Of a stretch of 37,784 bases of DNA, positions 24,825 to 36,440 are shown one piece after another; position 1 is the stretch's first letter; each line of letters starts with the position of its first letter. A program made the position numbers and the translations under genes. The notes under the pieces were generated by a model. The model had not been told where the DNA came from. It ran no database searches and was given only the letters and a program-made list of their open reading frames with translations. The stretch is from Tubiluchus corallicola (taxonomy: Eukaryota > Animalia > Priapulida): positions 1 through 37,784 of the forward strand of contig JAQGDQ010001499.1 of assembly GCA_030141605.1 (NCBI GenBank), given 5' to 3'.

Positions 24825-25103
24825 TCATGTTTAATAGTGAAATAAAAACTAAAACTGTTTCAAACGAATTTTCGTTGTCGACTAGAGGAGCCTTTCTTTC
24901 CTTCGCTTGCTAAACGTTCTTCTTTAGGCTTTTAGAGCTATTTGCACAATTACTGTTAGATACACAATACAAATAGCATAGAGAATTTTGGGTCGAAAAA
25001 TACAAAAAAAATAGCCAATATTTTAATTAAAAAATGACTAACTGTAAAATTTCTTTGATCGCTTAAAGTACGTACGTCTTTGGAACTACGCTTCCATCGA
25101 TGA

Positions 25104-25408
25104 CAGGGGCGTAGCCAAGTTTTAAAGTTAAGGGGGAGCAAGCACATAAATAATGCACCGTGACGAATGAAGCAATTATATGTTTGTCTACGCCACAACA
25201 GACAGTATCGGCATGTGAAAAGAATATAGTATAATAATTAGATTTGGGGCAATTTGATCAGTGGTTCAACAAGTGAACCCTGACAAAAGTGTAAATGTAC
25301 TCTCATTTCCAAAACACGGGAGGCAGGTTGTTGAAAAGGCGTCAATTTTAAAAAAATGTGCACGGAGGAACGGTTTCTCCCCTTGCTCCCCTATTAGCTA
25401 CGCCACTG
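25104..25408. mobile_element. hAT-family MITE, ~305 bp
   Basis: TIRs CAGGGGCGTAGC and GCTACGCCACTG, subterminal inverted GGGGAGCAAG and CTTGCTCCCC, decayed 8-bp TSD (atcgatga vs attgatac). Confidence 0.75.
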
Positions 25409-25626
25409 ATTGATACCCCAGTATGCGGAATGATACGTCATTGCGGAATAAAGTTAGGCCACTCATCTTTAAAAAATAGTCACTGGTTTTTTAATAACAA
25501 TAGTATATGGATCCTTTATACAAACTGTACAAATTACTCATACCCAATATAATACATACAATACATTACTCAATACATTACTCAATACATTTGTAGCACA
25601 TACTCCACTAACTAAAGAAAAGTATG

Positions 25627-25817
25627 AATTACTGTATGTTGTCAGTAAGATCAAAAATATTTTTGGTGGCTCAGTGGTGCACACTGGGAAGGGTAGTCAA
25701 TGACATTTTATCAGTTGGCGTGAGTATTTTAAATTATTAATCATTTTCTAGTTACGTAAGTCTTTCAAGAGGTAAGCGTAATATTATAAGTAATGTAACT
25801 CTGTGAGGAAAGTTTTT
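25627..25817 (+). mobile_element. Diverged fragment of the 18416-19572 foldback element family
   Basis: Aligns with ~18793-18976 (aattactgtat.ttgtca.taagat.aaaaata...gtcaa.gacatttta...ttctagttac..aagtcttt...aggtaag). Confidence 0.7.
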
Positions 25818-26415
25818 AGAGACGTACTTGGCCTTCAACCTTCCATTCTATCATACTATACTTCTTTTAGCGAAGTATTGATTTTTCTTAACACCCTTTC
25901 TGACTTTTTCGACGCTTTTCTCAAATCTTATAAGTCTAATCCTCCCTTTGGTTCTCAGAATGGAATATCGGAAAATTCTCTTTGAGGTAAATATTAAAAT
26001 AACTCGAATTACCGTCGGTCGGTCGCTACAAATGGACTTATTTCTATTCAAATGTGTTTTAAGTTTTCGGATTAGAGTCCCGATCCGATAATCCGGAGAC
26101 TGCGGACTGGCGGTGTCGGTAATACGGTTACAATGGCTTCCCAAATGACAAGAGAAGCCGCGGAGAGAAAGATAACCCGAGGGCGTTTGTTGACACGATG
26201 CATTTATTATTGGCATATACATTACAATGACATACATACAACAAAACAACAACAAAATACAAAAGTACAAAACAGAGCTATTACATTATAGCTATAGAGC
26301 TAAAAAACACAACAAACAATAATTTTAGAATAGATACAGTTAGCGTGTTATGAAAAAAATAAATAGTATCAATATTCATATGTTAATACGATTTACTCAT
26401 TTTTAAACTGCTTCT

Positions 26416-26732
26416 TTAAAAATGTAATAGGCGACTATTTTGGTTGTATTCGCAGTGGGTCCCTCCAACCCCCCCCCCCCCCATTACCGTGCACTATGTA
26501 TAATGGACAACTACTTTGGTTGTATTCACAGTGGCTCCCCTCCAACCCGTCCCCCCATTAAAAATGTGATGGTCGACTATGTATAATGGACAACTACTTT
26601 GGTTGTATTCACAGTGGCTCCCCTCCAAGCCATCCCCCCATTAAAAATGTAATGGTCGACTACTTTTGTTCTATTCGCAGTGGCTCCACTCCGACCCCTC
26701 CCCTCCCCCCCCCCCCATTACAATGCACTATG
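26416..26732. repeat. Imperfect ~70-85-bp tandem repeat, ~4 copies, with poly-C tracts
   Basis: Recurring actactttggttgtattcRcagtggctcc...ccccccatta. Confidence 0.85.
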
Positions 26733-27431
26733 TGTAGTGTATATAAATAAACATGAAGATGACATTACTCTGTAAAAGTTGTTTTGTTCCCATAGTAAAA
26801 TTTATCACTTGGATGTGTCATAATCTACATTGTAAATCTTTTGTATCATTAATTTGGCCTGTAAAATGGGCGTTATTTTTACCATAGCAGATGCATGTCT
26901 CCCTTTTGAACTATGGGCACTGTGTTGTTGTGGCCGTCCGCGAGTCTTCGTAGTAAAATCTAATAACTTTCACATTAAACGCTTGTCATTTTTCATTTTC
27001 GACTTCCAAGTGACTTCATTTTCATTATAACACACGTGTCTTCGTTTTCGTAGCATCTTATTCGTAGCAAAGACTCGTTAATTTGGAATTACAAAACTGA
27101 ATTTGCAGAGCTGAAATTAACATGAATATAGTCGAATCTTTTGAACTTTATCGCATCTTAACATCGTCTTAAGCTCACTTATAATCTCTTCACGAATGTG
27201 TAAGATTATCTCATGGTTTTTAAAGCAGCCTTTTATTCAGTGCCTTTTATTAGCTTTTGTTCAAATGTGTCGCTTTGTGATCATGCGCAGATAAGATTGA
27301 TATTTTATTCGTCACTGATTACATCACGGTTTTGTAGCTAAATCCTTTTTTATCCCCTGAAAAGATTATGAAATTTTCTGGGACGATTATTGGTAGAATG
27401 AGTGAGTCGTGCATATTATTATCATAATCAT

Positions 27432-27558
27432 GTATATATATATGTATATGTGTGTGTGTGTGTGTGCGTGCGTGCGTGTGTACGTACGTGCCTGCGTATA
27501 TGTGTATGTGTGTGTGTGTGCGTGCGTGTGTGCGTGTGCGTGCGTGCGTGCGTGCGTG
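27432..27558. repeat. (TA)/(TG)/(TGCG)n compound microsatellite
   Basis: Direct inspection. Confidence 0.9.
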
Positions 27559-27694
27559 TTTTGTACTTCACTCTAATAAAACATACACAAAATATACAGT
27601 ATTAAACCACAATACATGTAAATAATTGTGTATGTACAGTCTTTGGGATGATGTTTTACAATAATGTCAAACTGTTAGTAAATTATACATGATT

Positions 27695-27826
27695 AAATAC
27701 ATTGTTGAAGCCATGCTAGTAAATACATTGATGAAGCCATGCTAGTAAATACATGGATGAAGCCATGCTAGTAAATACATTGATGAAGCCTTGCTAGTAA
27801 ATACATTGATGAAGCCATGCTAGTAA
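27695..27826. repeat. 26-bp minisatellite, 5 copies
   Basis: Unit aaatacattgatgaagccatgctagt. Confidence 0.95.
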
Positions 27827-28169
27827 GTAAAAAATACACTTAAAGTTTTTACAATTCAGAAGTTTTTACACGCAATTAAAAATAGTTTTAAATTTAAGTT
27901 TATGTATAATACGCAAATTTATAAAGACAGTTATATACTCACATTTATATTTACATATGTATAATTTTACATGATTATAAAATTATGCTATAATTACACA
28001 GCATATAACAGGATTAATTTCAATTCAATTGGCTGATTGTATTTTTGTTTTAGTTCGTTAGTTTCTAAATTGTAAAACAAGAAATTTAGTATTTTAAACA
28101 GCTGGTAATATAAAAGCATAATCTGTAGGAGTGATTAGTTTATCATTTTTACAGACTGGCCTTGAATAA

Positions 28170-28480
28170 TTTGTTAGAATTTTTTTTTTGAATTTTTTAG
28201 GCTGGTTGATGATTTGAGTTTGATCGGGGTTGTATTCCAAAGCTGCTATTTTTGAAACTGAGTTATGCCGCCCGTATTTATTTTTAGTTTGAGTTTGATG
28301 CAGGTTACAAGTTCTTTCATTTAGTTTTCTATGTTACAAAAAGGGAACGTCATTTCTTTCAGATGATTTATTAAAATTGTGAATACATTTGTAAATGTGC
28401 AGCAGTGTATATTATACTAGATATTAGATTCACTTGTGGGAGTATTTAAATTTTGTTAAAATCTTTCACTAAAAATGATA
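28170..28480 (-). mobile_element. Highly decayed CR1/L2-group LINE ORF2 C-terminal remnant
   Basis: Frameshifted minus-strand peptides ...LLHIYKCIHN... and ...QLWNTTPIKLKSSTSLKN... resemble the LWNxLP..IK...SL..FK end motif. Confidence 0.35.
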
Positions 28481-28485
28481 AAACA

Positions 28486-28810
28486 TTGGTTGGCATCTTT
28501 CTGTCTCGGAAGACAATGGAGTGTGCGCCAAGAGAGTCAGTTATTGATCACATTGATGGAGCTGCAGCCTCGACTGTGGCTGAGCAATCCGATCCTTGAA
28601 TCACTGGAGTGGCCTCTCTAGGACGCACGCCTGGGCAAGGTGTATGGAGATCCTGACTTTCCCAGACAACAGGAACCCCCTCTCTTCCTCCCTGGTGTAG
28701 TCCAAAGGAAAGCAGAGCTATACGTTTGGCACCAGGTTGGCTGTAGGAGCTGCCTGAGTCAGCGAGCATGCTGCGCTGGTCCGCCTTCGGGCTCCACTCC
28801 GCTGTTTTCA
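28486..28810 (-). mobile_element. Short non-autonomous RTE-clade retroposon (5'UTR joined to 3' end)
   Basis: GC-rich island in AT-rich intron. The minus strand ends ...CACTCCATTGTCTTCCGAGACAGAAAGATGCCAACCAA, recalled as an RTE-type 3' terminus; upstream part is recalled as RTE 5'UTR-like. From memory, not searched. Confidence 0.5.
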
Positions 28811-28870
28811 ACGTGATTTGACCGTAGTGTAATCGGCGCTATAAAAAGCTAATGATGGTTGTATTTTCAG

Positions 28871-28986
28871 GAGATTATTGTGGACAGTGGCCATGGGTCA
28901 GTCCTTGTCCCTACTTATATGTGGTACAGCTGTGATAAGTCAACTTTTACAAGACCCACAAAAATACAATACTCAAGTGCCAACTG
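28871..28986 (+). CDS. SLC35F2: SLC35F1/F2-family solute carrier (DMT superfamily), internal coding exon A
   Basis: Acceptor gtattttcAG|G and donor CTG|GTAAGT. Translates RLLWTVAMGQSLSLLICGTAVISQLLQDPQKYNTQVPT, resembling the SLC35F1/2 TM1 motif (GQxLSLxICGTAxxSQ). 116 nt, phase compatible with the next exon. Confidence 0.9.
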
Positions 28987-29367
28987 GTAAGTGAACGCTA
29001 CTGTTAATACTATTGCTAATTAAAATGTACGTATAAAAACCTCCATGAGTTGCTTGAGTTCATTAGTTATAACCTCAGTGATGTAACAAAGTAATAAACC
29101 TAGAATTATTGCATTTTTCAAATCATCCTTGACCGCATGAAAGTAACTTTGAAAGAGTTAACACTGAACTTGATTTTGTATTCATGGAATTAGAATTGTA
29201 ATCCAAGGTAAAAACCCAGGTTCAATTCCGACTTTTCCACATTTTTTTCCTTGCAATTGTCATTGATTTCGGTGTCAAAAATTCTTTAATTTTGATGTTC
29301 GTTTAACATTATTAAAAATGATGGCCATATTGTAATGGAAGATGACTGTAGCATCATTTTTTTCCAG

Positions 29368-29561
29368 CTCAAAGCTTCCTCAATTATGTACTTCTGTGTC
29401 TCGTGTACACGACCACACTGTCTTGCCGTGCAGAAGATCGTGGACTGCTGCAGGTCTTACGGAAACGGGGATGGAAGTATTTTATCGTTGCCGTCATCGA
29501 CGTTGAAGCAAATTATATGATTGTAAAAGCCTACCAGAACACGACGCTGACTAGCGTTCAG
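29368..29561 (+). CDS. SLC35F2: SLC35F1/F2-family solute carrier, internal coding exon B
   Basis: Acceptor tttttttccAG and donor CAG|GTAAGA. Translates (A)QSFLNYVLLCLVYTTTLSCRAEDRGLLQVLRKRGWKYFIVAVIDVEANYMIVKAYQNTTLTSVQ, containing the family hallmark WKY...DVEANY..VKAYQxTTLTSVQ. 194 nt, in frame with exon A. Confidence 0.95.
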
Positions 29562-32347
29562 GTAAGACTAGAACACGACACTGACTAGCGTTCAGGTAAG
29601 ACTAGAACACGACGCTGACTAGTGTTCAGGTAAGACTAGAACACGACGCTGACTAGTGTTCAGGTAAGACTAGAACACGACGCTGACTAGCGTTCAGGTA
29701 AGACTAGAACACGACGCTGACTAGCGTTCAGGTAAGACTAGAACACGACGCTGACTAGCGTTCAGGTAAGACTAGAACACGACGCTGACTAGCGTTCAGG
29801 TAAGACTAGAACACGACGCTGACTAGCGTTCAGGTAAGACTAGAACACGACGCTGACTAGCGTTCAGGTAAGACTAGAACACGACGCTGACTAGTGTTCA
29901 GGTAAGACTAGAACACGACGCTGACTAGCGTTCAGGTAAGACTAGAACACGACACTGACTAGTGTTCAGGTAAGACTAGAACACGATGCTGACTAGTGTT
30001 CAGGTAAGACTAGAACACGACACTGACTAGCGTTCAGGTAAGACTAGAACACGACCCTGACTAGCGTTCAGGTAAGACTAGAACACGACACTGACTAGCG
30101 TTCAGGTAAGACTAGAACACGACGCTGACTAGCCTTCAGGTAAGACTAGAACATGATGCTGACTAGCGTTCAGGTAAGACTAGAACACGGCACTGACTAG
30201 CGTTCAGGTAAGACTAGAACACGACACTGACTAGCGTGCAGGTAAGACTAGAACACGATGCTGCCTAGTGTTCAGGTAAGACTAGAACACGACACTGACT
30301 AGTGTTCAGGTAAGACTAGAACACGATGCTGACTAGTGTTCAGGTAAGACTAGAACACGACGCTGACTAGTGTTCAGGTAAGACTAGAACACGACGCTGA
30401 CTAGTGTTCAGGTAAGACTAGAACACGACGCTGACTAGTGTTCAGGTAAGACTAGAACACGACGCTGACTAGTGTTCAGGTAAGACTAGAACACGACACT
30501 GACTAGTGTTCAGGTAAGACCAGAACACGACGCTGACTAGCATTCAGGTAAGACTAGAACACGACGCTGACTAGCGTTCAGGTAAGACTAGAACACGACA
30601 CTGACTAGTGTTCAGGTAAGACTAGAACACGACACTGACTAGCGTTCAGGTAAGACTAGAACACGACGCTGACTAGCGTTCAGGTAAGACTAGAACACGA
30701 CGCTGACTAGCGTTCAGGTAAGACTAGAACACGACACTGACTAGCGTTCAGGTAAGACTAGAACACGACACTGACTAGCGTTCAGGTAAGACTAGAACAC
30801 GACACTGACTAGCGTTCAGGTAAGACTAGAACACGACACTGACTAGCGTTCAGGTAAGACTAGAACACGACACTGACTAGCGTTCAGGTAAGACTAGAAC
30901 ACGATGCTGACTAGCGTTCAGGTAAGACTAGAACACGACGCTGACTAGTGTTCAGGTAAGACTAGAACACGACACTGACTAGTGTTCAGGTAAGACTAGA
31001 ACACGACGCTGACTAGTGTTCAGGTAAGACCAGAACACGACGCTGACTAGCATTCAGGTAAGACTAGAACACGACACTGACTAGTGTTCAGGTAAGACCA
31101 GAACACGACGCTGACTAGCATTCAGGTAAGACTAGAACACGACACTGACTAGTGTTCAGGTAAGACTAGAACACGACCCTGACTAGAGTTCAGGTAAGAC
31201 TAGAACACGACGCTGACTAGTGTTCAGGTAAGACTAGAACACGACTCTGACTAGCGTTCAGGTAAGACTAGAACACGATGCTGACTAGTGTTCAGGTAAG
31301 ACTAGAACACGACACTGACTAGTGTTCAGGTAAGACTAGAACACGATGCTGACTAGTGTTCAGGTAAGACTAGAACACGATGCTGACTAGTGTTCAGGTA
31401 AGACTAGAACACGACACTGACTAGCGTTCAGGTAAGACCAGAACACAACGCTGACTAGTGTTCAGGTAAGACTAGAGCACGACGCTGACTAGCGTTCAGG
31501 TAAGACTAGAACACGACACTGACTAGCGTTCAGGTAAGACTAGAACACGACGCTGACTAGCGTTCAGGTAAGACTAGAACACGACACTGACTAGCGTTCA
31601 GGTAAGATCAGAACACGACGCTGATTAGCGTTCAGGTAAGACTAGAACACGACGCTGACTAGTGTTCAGGTAAGACTAGAACACGACACTGACTAGCGTT
31701 CAGGTAAGACTAGAACACGACACTGACTAGCGTTCAGGTAAGACTAGAACACGATGCTGCCTAGTGTTCAGGTAAGACTAGAACACGACACTGACTAGTG
31801 TTCAGGTAAGACTAGAACACGATGCTGACTAGTGTTCAGGTAAGACTAGAACACGACGCTGACTAGTGTTCAGGTAAGACTAGAACACGACACTGACTAG
31901 CATTCAGGTAAGACTAGAACACGACGCTGACTAGTGTTCAGGTAAGACCAGAACACGACGCTGACTAGCATTCAGGTAAGACTAGAACACGACGCTGACT
32001 AGCGTTCAGGTAAGACTAGAACACGACACTGACTAGTGTTCAGGTAAGACTAGAACATGACGCTGACTAGCGTTCAGGTAAGACTAGAACACGACGCTGA
32101 CTAGTGTTCAGGTAAGACTAGAACACGACGCTGACTAGCGTTCAGGTAAGACTAGAACACGACGCTGACTAGCGTTCAGGTAAGACTAGAACATGACGCT
32201 GACTAGCGTTCAGGTAAGACTAGAACACGACGCTGACTAGTGTTCAGGTAAGACTAGAACATGACGCTGACTAGCGTTCAGGTAAGACTAGAACACGACG
32301 CTGACTAGCGTTCAGGTAAGACTAGAACACGACGCTGACTAGCGTTC
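29536..32347 (+). repeat. 34-bp minisatellite, ~82.7 copies, derived from the exon B / intron junction
   Basis: Unit AGAACACGACGCTGACTAGCGTTCAG|GTAAGACT equals the last 26 nt of the exon plus the first 8 nt of the intron. Copy 1 is the coding sequence itself. Confidence 0.98.
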
Positions 32348-32586
32348 GGATAACATTATTCACGCGTTAGCTTGTGTCCAGTAATGGTCCTAGCCAAATA
32401 TTTATCCAATTTTTCTGATGACGTTATTTAACTCTGCAGAAACAATTCAAGGATCAAATTTATTTAAAAAGATTTTTATCCACCTTGTTATGATCAGAAG
32501 TATCATTTCGTCATCATAATTACAATGGAAGTGAAGAAGCGCCATTTTAATTACACAACTAGCACCACAACTGTGGTTGAAAATAG

Positions 32587-32679
<93 letters not shown>

Positions 32680-32920
32680 TATCAGCGTCATCCTCATCGT
32701 CGTAAATCATAATCGTCATTATCATCATCATCATTATCATCATCATCGTCATCATCATCGTCATAATCATCATCATCATGATCATCATCGTCGTCGTCGT
32801 CATCATCATCATCAATATCATCATCGGCGTCATCCTCATCGTCGTAATCATAATCGTTATCAGCATTGTCTCATCATCATCATCAACATCATCGTCGTCT
32901 TTATTATCATCATTATCACC
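32587..32920. repeat. (CAT)n microsatellite (~30 pure units) plus degenerate CAT/CGT tract
   Basis: Direct inspection. Confidence 0.95.
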
Positions 32921-33455
32921 ATAATTGATTTTTTCATGTGTGATGTATATATATCTGCAATTGGCCGATTCATGTCTTAACTTTCGATTAACCTTGATAA
33001 TGAATGGTTCCGGTACTGCCACGGCCATCTAAATTAAGTTGGTCCTGCAGCTGAGAGCTAGATCCCGATTTAGAGAGTAGGACAAAAGATCGTCGTCATT
33101 ATCATCGTATCGTGATCACTGTCATCTCAAACATCACTTTTTATCAACAACATTATCTGTTGTCCTCGAGTTGTAAGACAAGATTTGTGCGTTTGTGAGA
33201 TTATTGAGAGAAATCTGATTGAAAGAACAATAACAAAAGCTTTACGTCAACCAACTGAAACAAAATGGAAGCTGAACGATAGAAAGGAAACGAATAAGAA
33301 GTCTATAAAGTAATTCTATTGATTGGTGGAGAAAGCAGACAACTTTGATAAAATCTGCTCGTCCGTCTAATCAATTCAGCAAATTCGGAAAAATTTCCAA
33401 AGCGGAAAATATATTTTGCCAATCAACAAATGGCGGTCGGTTGAGCGCTGCTTCC

Positions 33456-33795
33456 GATGTATTCTTCTCTAATCAGCGCCAAACTGTCGTAAAGTCAGAA
33501 TCCATCATTGATGAGGTTCGTGATGGCAGTGACGATGATGTTGCTGATGGAATTGATGTGTTGTATTGATGTATTCTTCTCTAATCAGCGCCAAACTGTC
33601 GTAAAGTCAGAATCCATCATTGATGAGGTTCGTGATGGCAGTGACGATGATGTTGCTGATGGAATTGATGTGTTGTATTGATGTATTCTTCTCTAATCAG
33701 CGCCAAACTGTCGTAAAGTCAGAATCCATCATTGATGAGGTTCGTGATGGCAGTGACGATGATGTTGCTGATGGAATTGATGTGTTGTATTGATG
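33456..33795. repeat. 112-bp tandem repeat, 3 apparently identical copies
   Basis: Units start at 33456, 33568 and 33680 (gatgtattcttctctaatcagcgcc...). Confidence 0.95.
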
Positions 33796-34010
33796 GAATT
33801 GATGTGTTGGTGGTGCTGATATAGGGAACTGTACGTTTACTCACAGGCGTCCGGGTGGGGTGGGGGTGGGGAGGGGCTTTGTGCAGAAGGAATTTGCCCT
33901 GAAATTTTTCTAACTTCCCATATCATTGCTAAATATAAATGCAAACAGCCGGGTAGATATATACAATTATATAGGATATAGACTGATAAAGTGTCGTAAA
34001 AATAAAATAT

Positions 34011-36440
34011 TTGTAGGCCTATTCAGGGTCAAATTTACATTTATAGGCCTACTCAAGGTCAGATTTACATTTATAGGCCTACTCAGGGTCAGATTTACAT
34101 TTATAGGCCTACTCAGGGTCAAATTTACATTTATAGGCCTACTCAGGGTCAGATTTACATTTATAGGCCTACTCAGGGTCAGATTTACATTTATAGGCGT
34201 ACTCACTTTCAAATTTACATTTATAGGCCTACTCAGGGTCAAATTTACATTTATAGGCGTACTCACTGTAAAATTTACATTTATAGGCATACTCACTGTC
34301 AAATTTACATTTATAGGCCTACTCAGGGTCAAATTTACATTTATAGGCCTACTCAGGGTCAAATTTACATTTATAGGCCTACTCAGGGTCAAATTTACAT
34401 TTATAGGCCTACTCAGGGTCAAATTTACATTTAAAGGCCTACTCAGGGTCAAATTTACATTTAAAGGCTTACTCACTGTCAAATTTACATTTATAGGCCT
34501 ACTCACTGTCAAATTTACATTTATAGGCCTACTCAGGGTCAAATTTACATTTAAAGGCCTAGTCAGTGTCAAATTTGCATTTATAGGCCTACTCAGGGTC
34601 AAATTTACATTTAAAGGCCTACTCAGGGTCAGATTTACAATTATAGGCCTACTCAGGGTCAGATTTACATTTATAGGCGTACTCACTTTCAAATTTACAT
34701 TTATAGGCCTACTCAGGGTCAAATTTACATTTATAGGCGTACTCACTGTAAAATTTACATTTATAGGCGTACTCACTGTCAAATTTACATTTATAGGCCT
34801 ACTCACTGTCAAATTTACATTTAAAGGCCTAGTCAGTGTCAAATTTGCATTTATAGGCCTACTCAGGGTCAAATTTACATTTATAGGCCTACTCAGGGTC
34901 AAATTTACATTTAAAGGCCTAGTCAGTGTCAAATTTACATTTATGGGCCTACTCAGGGTCAAATTTACATTTATAGGCCTACTCAGGGTCAAATTTACAT
35001 TTAAAGGCCTAGTCAGTGTAAAATTTACATTTAAAGGCCTAGTCAGGGTCAAATTTACATTTATAGGCCTACTCAGGGTCAAATTTACATTTAAAGGCCT
35101 AGTCAGTGTCAAATTTACATTTATAGGCCTACTCAGGGTCAAATTTACATTTATAGGCGTACTCAGGGTCAAATTTACATTTAAAGGCCTACTCAGGGTC
35201 AAATTTACATTTATAGGCCTACTCAGGGTCAAATTTACATTTAAAGGCCTACTCAGTGTCAAATTTACATTTATAGGCCTACTCAGTGTCAAATTTACAT
35301 TTATAGGCCTACTCAGGGTCAAATTTACATTTATAGGCCTAGTCAGGGTCAAATTTACATTTATAGGCCTACTCAGGGTCAAATTTACATTTATAGGCCT
35401 ACTCAGGGTCAAATTTACATTTAAAGGCCTGGTCAGTGTCAAATTTACATTTAAAGGCCTAGTCAGGGTCAAATTTACATTTATAGGCCTACTCAGGGTC
35501 AAATTTACATTTATAGGCCTACTCAGGGTCAAATTTACATTTAAAGGCCTGGTCAGTGTCAAATTTACATTTTTAGGCCTACTCAGGGTCAAATTTACAT
35601 TTATAGGCGTACTCAGGGTCACATCTACATTTAAAGGCCTACTCAGGGTCAAATTTACATTTATAGGCCTACTCAGGGTCAAATTTACATTTATAGGCGT
35701 ACTCAGGGTCAAATTTACATTTATAGGCCTACTCAGGGTCAAATTTACATTTATAGGCGTACTCAGGGTCAAATGTACATTTAAAGGCCTAGTCAGTGTC
35801 AAATTTACATTTATAGGCCTACTCAGGGTCAAATTTACATTTATAGGCGTACTCAGGGTCAAATTTACATTTAAAGGCCTACTCAGGGTCAAATTTACAT
35901 TTATAGGCCTACTCAGGGTCAAATTTACATTTAAAGGCCTAGTCAGGGTCAAATTTACATTTATAGGCCTACTCAGGGTCAAATTTACATTTATAGGCCT
36001 ACTCAGGGTCAAATTTACATTTAAAGGCCTAGTCAGTGTCAAATTTACATTTATAGGCCTACTCAGGGTCAAATTTACATTTATAGGCGTACTCAGGGTC
36101 ACATCTACATTTAAAGGCCTACTCAGGGTCAAATTTACATTTATAGGCCTACTCAGGGTCAAATTTACATTTATAGGCGTACTCAGGGTCAAATTTACAT
36201 TTATAGGCCTACTCAGGGTCAAATTTACATTTATAGGCGTACTCAGGGTCAAATGTACATTTAAAGGCCTACTCAGGGTCAAATTTACATTTAAAGGCCT
36301 ACTCAGGGTCAAATTTACATTTATAGGCGTACTCAGAGTCAAATGTACATTTAAAGGCCTACTCAGGGTCAAATTTACATTTATAGGCCTACTCAGGGTC
36401 AAATGTACATTTAAAGGCCTACTCAGTGTCAAATTTACAT
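34011..36440. repeat. 30-bp satellite, 81 copies, intronic
   Basis: Unit ttataggcctactcagggtcaaatttacat with no indels across the array; it generates the 838-aa and 829-aa ORFs. Confidence 0.98.

Noticed and set aside
29536-32347. CRISPR array (34-bp repeat)
   Set aside because: Head-to-tail repeats with no spacers; the unit is explained by the exon/intron junction.
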